DNA of 64,000 nt from Promethearchaeota archaeon. GTDB lineage: Archaea > Asgardarchaeota > Thorarchaeia > Thorarchaeales > Thorarchaeaceae. The stretch lies in assembly GCA_014728035.1 (NCBI GenBank), contig WJMJ01000148.1:32001-96000 (forward strand), given 5' to 3'. A model generated the notes under the pieces. That model saw only the letters and a program-made list of their open reading frames with translations, ran no database searches and was not told where the DNA came from. Each line of letters begins with the position of its first letter. Position 1 is the stretch's first letter. A program made the position numbers and the translations under genes. Shown in pieces: positions 57,133 through 64,000 of this stretch.

Positions 57133-59709
57133 CTATTTCTTTCTCAGGAAATAAATGATAATCACTACGAATACAACACCGATTCCAACCCCTGCAACAA
57201 TAACCAAAATCATTGCATCAGCTGGAGGAGGAACAGAGGGACTAGTAGTTGTTGTACTAGTGGTAGTTGTGGTTGAGGTCGAAGATGAACCAGGATAGAC
57301 CGTAACAATTGTTGTACGAACGACACTGTTACCTGATGTGTCATAGAGTGTCAAGGTAATGTTCCAAACTCCATCTCGAAGGCCAGCATTATCCAACAAG
57401 TAGTTGATATCAGTTCCGTCCCAAGATCCACTCGCTAGAATTGTACTTCCATTAAGAGTGATTGAATACGAGTCGGGCAAGAAGTCAGAACAAGTCCAAT
57501 TCATCCATATATCTGAATCACCCTCAGTGAAGAAGAAATTCGATACATAGGAACATGTTGGTGCGGTAGTATCTTCCAGAGTCACCCAACCCATACATGT
57601 GTAACCATTACCTGAAGTATCCTCATAGACATAGGTGATGTTGTAAACTCCGAGATCCGTACCATCCAGGTGGTATTCTAGAGAAGTATTACTTGTGAGA
57701 ACTGTGGTGTTTGTGAGAGTTCCATTCTCATATATCCAGAGAGTTCCAGGTGCGTCCCACGTATGGAAGTCGTTGACCTCGAAAGGAACACCATCTCCAG
57801 AACCATACTCAATATCATACAGACCCCACACAGCATACGTTGGAGGTATTGTATCGATGACTGAGATAATTACAGTGTGTACAGCAGTATTTCCAAAGGT
57901 GTCATTTGCTTTAATTGTACAATTGTAATCACCTAATACAGAAATATCAAGTTCTGCACTGAATTCAGTAGTATAACTTACACTGGTCTGAATTACATCA
58001 TTGAGATAATAAGTTACAGTATCTGGGTTGTCATCTGTGATATTCCAGTTGAGCTCATAGAGATCAAGGGATGGCTCAACATCAGCATCACTGTATCCTT
58101 CAATATCTGGTACTACATTATCTCCTTCGTTAACTGTGATCTGGACTTGATCGATTTGTTCATTCATATATGCATCCCAGATGACAAGTTGTGCTGTATG
58201 AACTCCCAATGATAAACCTTCAAAGGTATAAGAGATATCGAGTGAAGGAATCCAATATCCAGAATCAATATCTGAACCATCTAATGACAGAGTATAATTC
58301 CATGGATGGATATCGAATATATTCCAATCAATAGTACGTGACTCATAATCGTACATCTCTACATCAGGCTCATTTACTATTCCAGGACCAGAAGAATCTA
58401 GCAATACATTTGGAGCTCCATCATAATTTCCAGAACCGCCAGGAATATAGTAATTAGCATCATGAGATTCATTGTAGAAGTTACCTGTCAGAGTGGGCGA
58501 ATACCACCAGGTATTGTTAGTATTTCCTGCATTATCGTATGTGTCATTTGTGGTATGATTACTGAAGTGATTATTGTAGAGAAGGTTGTGATGACAACCT
58601 GTAGAAAGAACCATTCCAATTTGGCCATGATGTATCTTATTGTCAGTAATTATGCACGAATTTGAGTTAATGAAAAAGAATCCATAATCATAGAATGTGT
58701 TCAAGATGTTATTTCGAACAAGTACATCCTCACCTGAAACAATATCGATTCCTCGGTAGGTTGTATTCGCTATCTCGTTACCTTCAACAGTAGAGGACCA
58801 AATATAATCCAGATAGATTGCATGATCACCAATGTTTCGAAGTTTGTTGTTACGAATTAAGCTGCCACCATTAGAATTCTGATAAATACCATAGTCAGCA
58901 ATATCAACTAAGGTATTGTTTTCAATTCTTTGATAATAATTACTGTTTGAAATATCATATATGCCATAATTTGATGCATTGGTTATCAGATTGTTAGTTA
59001 TATTTACATAACTGGAGTAAGCGTAGATTCCTGCTCCTGTCCCATAGAGATTTCGAATAGAGTTATCATGATAGACAGAATCGTCAGATAACCCATTATC
59101 ACGTATTCCATAATATGCTATGTCAATCTCGTTTCTCTGAATTGTTGTATTGGGTGCCGAAGAGTGAAATATGGCATTTGTCATATCATGCATAATATTA
59201 TCAGATACTTCAATGAAATGCGAATCGTGTATGTATGTGCCATATGAACATCCGTCCATTGTACAATGTGATATCAGCGTGTTGTTTGCTCTGTAAACAT
59301 ATACTCCACGTATTGTTGTAAAAGTACAGGCCTCGATAATTCCATTGCTTGAGTTATCAATACGGATACCATAACGTGACATAGTTGATGCGTTGAAATC
59401 ACAAGATTTTATCTTCCAGTATGCGGTCTGATCCGAAATTTCAATTATATCCCCAAGAGAATATGTGGTTGAATTTCCTTCTAGTAAGTAGGGGTCACCT
59501 TGCGTACCGCTCCCCGAAAAGCCAAATTGCGTGAAATTATCTTCATGAGTGATTTCATAAAGTGTTACTCCAGGGTCCGCTGAAACAGCATAGGTTTCTA
59601 GACCCGTTTCTTCATTTTGGAATTCTATTGGTATCCCTTGATTGATTCCGACCGGAATCAGGAATAGCGCAAATAGAAATCCTGCTAGTAGTAATTTCTT
59701 GGCGTGCAT
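57133..59709 (-). CDS. beta-helix (NosD/CASH) plus Ig-like surface protein, paralogue 3
   Basis: Tandem paralogue of 54466-56994; Thr-rich linker, TM, RKK. Confidence 0.88.
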   Translation of the reverse strand: MHAKKLLLAGFLFALFLIPVGINQGIPIEFQNEETGLETYAVSADPGVTLYEITHEDNFTQFGFSGSGTQGDPYLLEGNSTTYSLGDIIEISDQTAYWKIKSCDFNASTMSRYGIRIDNSSNGIIEACTFTTIRGVYVYRANNTLISHCTMDGCSYGTYIHDSHFIEVSDNIMHDMTNAIFHSSAPNTTIQRNEIDIAYYGIRDNGLSDDSVYHDNSIRNLYGTGAGIYAYSSYVNITNNLITNASNYGIYDISNSNYYQRIENNTLVDIADYGIYQNSNGGSLIRNNKLRNIGDHAIYLDYIWSSTVEGNEIANTTYRGIDIVSGEDVLVRNNILNTFYDYGFFFINSNSCIITDNKIHHGQIGMVLSTGCHHNLLYNNHFSNHTTNDTYDNAGNTNNTWWYSPTLTGNFYNESHDANYYIPGGSGNYDGAPNVLLDSSGPGIVNEPDVEMYDYESRTIDWNIFDIHPWNYTLSLDGSDIDSGYWIPSLDISYTFEGLSLGVHTAQLVIWDAYMNEQIDQVQITVNEGDNVVPDIEGYSDADVEPSLDLYELNWNITDDNPDTVTYYLNDVIQTSVSYTTEFSAELDISVLGDYNCTIKANDTFGNTAVHTVIISVIDTIPPTYAVWGLYDIEYGSGDGVPFEVNDFHTWDAPGTLWIYENGTLTNTTVLTSNTSLEYHLDGTDLGVYNITYVYEDTSGNGYTCMGWVTLEDTTAPTCSYVSNFFFTEGDSDIWMNWTCSDFLPDSYSITLNGSTILASGSWDGTDINYLLDNAGLRDGVWNITLTLYDTSGNSVVRTTIVTVYPGSSSTSTTTTTSTTTTSPSVPPPADAMILVIVAGVGIGVVFVVIIIYFLRKK

Positions 59710-59867
59710 ATAATGCCTCCTTAAGCAATATAAATGAGCGAAGAAGACCCCATATAAACTTCTTTACCATCAATTATTAAAATGATTTTTAAAAAAAATG
59801 GTTTACCTAATCAAGTAACAGACTGATTTATACGACACTTGGTCATAAGGATAATAGAGGTTTAGTA

Positions 59868-61718
59868 ATGACTCAGTCTGAATTTGAGAAATTCCTTTCC
59901 ATCGAAGTTGCTGGTGGTGCTAGCTGGCATCCTGTTGCCAACAAAATAGCTTATGTCTATGATGCATCAGGTGTGAATCAAATCTACCTAAGTGAGGTTT
60001 TTGAGGGAAAAGCTCTTTGGCCGAAGCGGCTCACGTTTGAGGAAGACCGTTGTACAGATCCTAGGTTCTTGGAAGATGCGAGTATCATTTTCACACGCGA
60101 TAGAGGAGGAAATGAAAATTTCCAAATAGGATCAATCAATGAGTCCTACGAGCTGGAATGGCTTACTAATGATTTGGATGCAAAACACAGAGTCATAACC
60201 ACATCAAAGATAGGATTCTATTATATTGCAAATATTGAAGACAAATCAAGACTGGACATCTATAGACGCCGCATTCCATTTGACATGACTAAACCAGAAT
60301 TGCTTTATCGACCTAAGAAAGGTATAGTTTCTCCAATCCTAATCTCAGATGATGACAAGCAAGTTGTGATAAAACGATATCTTGGTAATGTCTATCAAGA
60401 ATTAGCTCTCATTGATACTGAAAATGAGGAAATAACAGAATTAACCGAAGAGCAGACAAAAATTAGAAAGAGTCGCTGGACTCCAATAAGATGGCTAAAT
60501 GAAGAAACAATACTTGTGAGAACAGATTTTGAATCTAACTTTGACAGACTAGCAGTCCTTACTCTCGATGGAGAATTCAGGACCTATGACGAAATCGAAG
60601 AGAATCTCCAATGGGAAGTCAAGACCCAGGCCTATAGTTCCAATGATGATTACACCTACTATGTTATGAACGAGGAAGGTTACAGTACTATCTATCGTGC
60701 AAAATTCTCACCAAATTCTGTTTCTGGAATTGAGAAGATAGTACTTCCAAAGAAAGGAGCAATAGCATTGGGTGATGCTAGATCTTGGAATCGTGGACTA
60801 ACAGTATCACCTGACGGTTCTAAGTTGGCAATAACCTTAAGCACACCCACATCACCAACTTCTGTCTGGATCTATTCAATAGAAGACAAGAAGTTTTGGA
60901 ATGCTACACCTGTAAACACTGCAGGATTGAACCCAATCAATTTTGTTGGAGAGAAACTACTTCGCTTCAATAGTTTTGATGGTCTCAGTGTACCATACTT
61001 CAGACTCTTACCACAAGGTGAGATGCCAGAAAAGGGATGGCCAACAATTTTGATGATTCATGGTGGACCCGAGTCACAGCTTATCCCAGCATTTAGCCCT
61101 GTCATGCAGTTCTATGCATCCGCAGGATTTGCCATTGTAGCACCAAATATCCGTGGTAGCACAGGATATGGAAAGAAATATCTGGATCTTGATAATGTTG
61201 AGAAACGTTTGGATTCGATAATGGATATCAAACATCTTGCTTTGCATCTAAAAGAAACTGATACTACAATTGATGGTGATCGCCTTATCATATACGGCGG
61301 CAGTTACGGAGGATTTGCTGTGTTATCTGCAATGACGGAACACCCGGAACTATGGAAAGCTGGTGTCGATATTGTAGGAATATCCAATTTTGTGACTTTC
61401 CTACAAAACACAGCTGACTGGCGAAGGGCACTTAGAGAAGCTGAATATGGAAGTTTGGAACATGATATGGAAACCTTGAGGAAAATCAGTCCAATCCATA
61501 AGGTAGACAAAATCGCCGCTCCTTTATTTATAATACAAGGAGACAACGATGAGAGAGTACCACTTTCAGAATCCATTCAAATATATGAGGAATTAAAAGA
61601 GAAAGGTCTCGAAACTAAGATGCTTAGATTCTCAGATGAAGGGCACGGATTGGCGAAACGGAAGAATAGAATTCTAGCTTATTCGAATGTACTTGAATGG
61701 CTGAAAGAAATAGTCTGA
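59868..61718 (+). CDS. S9 family peptidase (beta-propeller plus alpha/beta hydrolase)
   Basis: IHGGPE, NIRGSTGYG, GGSYGG, QGDNDERVP, DEGHG. Confidence 0.93.
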   Translation: MTQSEFEKFLSIEVAGGASWHPVANKIAYVYDASGVNQIYLSEVFEGKALWPKRLTFEEDRCTDPRFLEDASIIFTRDRGGNENFQIGSINESYELEWLTNDLDAKHRVITTSKIGFYYIANIEDKSRLDIYRRRIPFDMTKPELLYRPKKGIVSPILISDDDKQVVIKRYLGNVYQELALIDTENEEITELTEEQTKIRKSRWTPIRWLNEETILVRTDFESNFDRLAVLTLDGEFRTYDEIEENLQWEVKTQAYSSNDDYTYYVMNEEGYSTIYRAKFSPNSVSGIEKIVLPKKGAIALGDARSWNRGLTVSPDGSKLAITLSTPTSPTSVWIYSIEDKKFWNATPVNTAGLNPINFVGEKLLRFNSFDGLSVPYFRLLPQGEMPEKGWPTILMIHGGPESQLIPAFSPVMQFYASAGFAIVAPNIRGSTGYGKKYLDLDNVEKRLDSIMDIKHLALHLKETDTTIDGDRLIIYGGSYGGFAVLSAMTEHPELWKAGVDIVGISNFVTFLQNTADWRRALREAEYGSLEHDMETLRKISPIHKVDKIAAPLFIIQGDNDERVPLSESIQIYEELKEKGLETKMLRFSDEGHGLAKRKNRILAYSNVLEWLKEIV

Positions 61719-61802
61719 TATGATTAGGCTGGATGAAAACTGAAATTCGCGTGCAGAGTCAAAGTTAAGAGGTAAAATAACATAAGCCAACTAGTGAATC
61801 CT

Positions 61803-62420
61803 ATGAAACGTATTATTCTATCTGTGATCTTCCTAACCATGCTACTCACTCCAGTAGCCGCTGTTGATTTTGGACCGAATAAACACATAGACAATGAAAC
61901 TGGAGCAACTGTTCGTGTAACGATATCCGCAGATACACCGTTCGTAACACCATACACCGAAGAAATAGAAATTGATCTGAGTATAGAATTTAACCAAACT
62001 GATATTACACAATTGAATATCTCCGAAATAGCTGTTTCGATTCAAAAATACCAACCAAACCTAGATTCATATACCCCAATAGGTTTTGGAATAAACGCAT
62101 ATGAACCAGAAATCTTCAGTACCTATTTCGGAAATATCACAGATACAATAGAACTTAGCGAATCAATTTCTGCTGTTGAATGCTATTTCGCAATTACGTT
62201 GGTAGGTTCATTCACAAACGGGTCTGACGTCCATTCATTTGAAATAATGACATCAAACGACTTTCTCGGTCCATTCACAATTTCACCTGGAAGTGGAACT
62301 GCGGAATTCATCGTTGGGGCCGTACTGATTCTGATAACGGTCATCGTAATGGTGGCTGGAGCATATGTGGTTAAGAAAAGCAAGGAACCGGTTAGAAAGA
62401 GAGCTAGCATTGAAGATTAG
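61803..62420 (+). CDS. secreted protein with a C-terminal TM anchor
   Basis: Signal peptide MKRIILSVIFLTMLLTPVAA, beta-rich ectodomain, TM, basic tail. Confidence 0.75.
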   Translation: MKRIILSVIFLTMLLTPVAAVDFGPNKHIDNETGATVRVTISADTPFVTPYTEEIEIDLSIEFNQTDITQLNISEIAVSIQKYQPNLDSYTPIGFGINAYEPEIFSTYFGNITDTIELSESISAVECYFAITLVGSFTNGSDVHSFEIMTSNDFLGPFTISPGSGTAEFIVGAVLILITVIVMVAGAYVVKKSKEPVRKRASIED

Positions 62421-62519
62421 GTAACAATCTATTCAAGTATAGTACTTCAGGATGAAAATTGACTCATACGAAAGTATTCATAAGATACACCAATGAACGA
62501 AATTATTGGATGATATCTT

Positions 62520-64000
62520 ATGGCCGATGAAGCTATGACTTGGGATCTTTCACAATTAGTAGAGTTTGATGACCCAGCGTATATAGAAGAAAGACTCACA
62601 GCAGCAGTAAAAGCAGCTGAGGAATTCCGCGATAAACACAGAGGGAAAATATCAAAGTATACAGCTGCGAAGGTCGCTGAATTATTAGAGGAAGAAGATA
62701 GGTTACAATTGGAGTTTGAAGGAGCTTTCAAGTATGCAAGCTTAGCATATTCAGCAAACATGAATGACGAGGTTGCAAAAAAATTAGCTGATAAAGCTAG
62801 ACAGGCAGGAATGCTACTTGGACAAGCTTTAGCATTTCGGGATATCGAATTAGGAAAGCTTCTAGCTGACAAACCTAAGATTGTAGAAGCTTCTGAAGTG
62901 AGTGAGTATAGACATAATCTTGAGAGAATTCTTCAACGGGTTCCATACATGCTGAGCGAAGAAAAGGAGCAACTTGTCATCTCAAAGGATAAGAACGGTA
63001 TCAATGCTTGGTATCAGCTTCATGGCGATTGGCTTGCCACGCGTGCTTTTGATATCGAAGTTGATGGTGAGATGAAGACCATGCCATATGGCGAGATTCT
63101 CAGCCTCTATCAAAGTCCAGACAGAAACCTCCGGAGACGGGCTCAGAAAACCGTTTATGGAGAACTTGGAAAAGATCATATTGTTTGGTCTTCAGCTATT
63201 CGTTCAGTATGTTCAGATCATATTCAGATGTGCAAAATGCGTGGATATCCAAGCCCAATGACATCAAGTTTGATTGCAAATGATGTTGATGAAGAAACGA
63301 TTGAAGCTCTGATGAATACCATTGAAAACAATGTAGCTGTCTATCAAGAATATCTCAAACTCAAAGCTGAAGTCATGGGTCTTAAAAAGTTAGGAAATTG
63401 GGATATCATAGCTCCTCTACCAAATGCACCAGATAAGAAATACACATGGGATGAATCACGAAAGCTAGTGGTTGAAGCCTATTCGGACTTTGATGAAGAA
63501 TCTGGAGAATGGATGGATGAGATGTTTGAAAAACGCCACATTGATGGTGCAGTACGAAACGGAAAACGTTCAGGTGCTTTCTGCTCAACATGGTTCTCTG
63601 GAAAAAGTGCATACATACTTCAGAGTTTCAATGGTACTATGAGCGATGTCTTTACTCAAGCACACGAGTTGGGGCATGCTTTACATGCATATCTTGGTTC
63701 TCGTGCACAAAAACCATCAAACTATGAAATTGGTAGTTGTGTGGCAGAAACCGGTTCTATCTTTGGAGAGCTTCTCTTAACAGAGAAACTTCTTGCTCAA
63801 GCTGAATCAAAAGAGCTTAAACAAGCTATCCTTACATCTGTTCTCGATGAATTCGGTGAAGCAGCTTTCCAAGTTTCCACAAGGACTTGGTTCGAAACCA
63901 TGTTGTACGAAGCAATTGAGGATGGAGAATACCTTGACGGTGATAAGGTCTCAGAACTCTGGTTAAAGGCTCGTGACAGGATGTATGGCGATTCAGTTGA
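62520..64000 (+). CDS. pepF: oligoendopeptidase F (M3B), truncated by the window end
   Basis: ATG 62520 MADEAMTWDLSQL...; GKRSGAFC, AHELGHALH and AETGSIFGE; open to the end and absent from the ORF track because there is no stop. Confidence 0.9.
   Translation, partial: MADEAMTWDLSQLVEFDDPAYIEERLTAAVKAAEEFRDKHRGKISKYTAAKVAELLEEEDRLQLEFEGAFKYASLAYSANMNDEVAKKLADKARQAGMLLGQALAFRDIELGKLLADKPKIVEASEVSEYRHNLERILQRVPYMLSEEKEQLVISKDKNGINAWYQLHGDWLATRAFDIEVDGEMKTMPYGEILSLYQSPDRNLRRRAQKTVYGELGKDHIVWSSAIRSVCSDHIQMCKMRGYPSPMTSSLIANDVDEETIEALMNTIENNVAVYQEYLKLKAEVMGLKKLGNWDIIAPLPNAPDKKYTWDESRKLVVEAYSDFDEESGEWMDEMFEKRHIDGAVRNGKRSGAFCSTWFSGKSAYILQSFNGTMSDVFTQAHELGHALHAYLGSRAQKPSNYEIGSCVAETGSIFGELLLTEKLLAQAESKELKQAILTSVLDEFGEAAFQVSTRTWFETMLYEAIEDGEYLDGDKVSELWLKARDRMYGDSV

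Noticed and set aside
62447-62872. 141-aa minus-strand ORF and other short antisense ORFs in the track
   Set aside because: Shadows of well-supported genes on the opposite strand (here pepF).
1-64000. Provirus, integrative element, tRNA, rRNA or CRISPR array
   Set aside because: No integrase, capsid, Cas, transposase, cloverleaf or regularly spaced repeat was recognised by eye; tRNAscan-SE and cmscan would be needed to exclude small RNAs.

Overview
AT-rich, gene-dense archaeal chromosome segment. Asgard origin, most likely Thorarchaeia, is inferred from gene content: large single-pass surface proteins with Ig-like stalks, LRR, arrestin-fold and PCI-like winged-helix proteins. It encodes a 2215-aa repeat surface protein, two divergent membrane-anchored S8 subtilases, three beta-helix (NosD-like) surface paralogues, several other peptidases (Ntn, gluzincin, S9, M3B, isoaspartyl peptidase), three MFS transporters, an ABC exporter, a GAF-histidine kinase, SSB, and VapBC and MNT-HEPN toxin-antitoxin pairs. 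No rRNA, tRNA, CRISPR array, integrase or transposase gene was recognised. The main unexplained signal is a dispersed non-coding ~183-bp element in four copies (11802-11984, 35383-35565, 47235-47416, 47514-47696). Three copies are bounded by 3-bp direct repeats (GGT, GGT, AGT). Removing the element with one repeat restores a truncated gene in one case and a split terminator in another. Its right end is highly conserved and can fold into a pseudoknotted RNA that pairs with the junction bases, so it is a candidate non-autonomous, possibly guide-RNA-producing, mobile element. Other highlights: a duplicated membrane-protein/arrestin operon with beta-arrestin-like C-tails, a VapBC turnover site with a duplicated host-gene 3' end, and several structured intergenic RNA candidates. 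All alignments and folds were done by eye.
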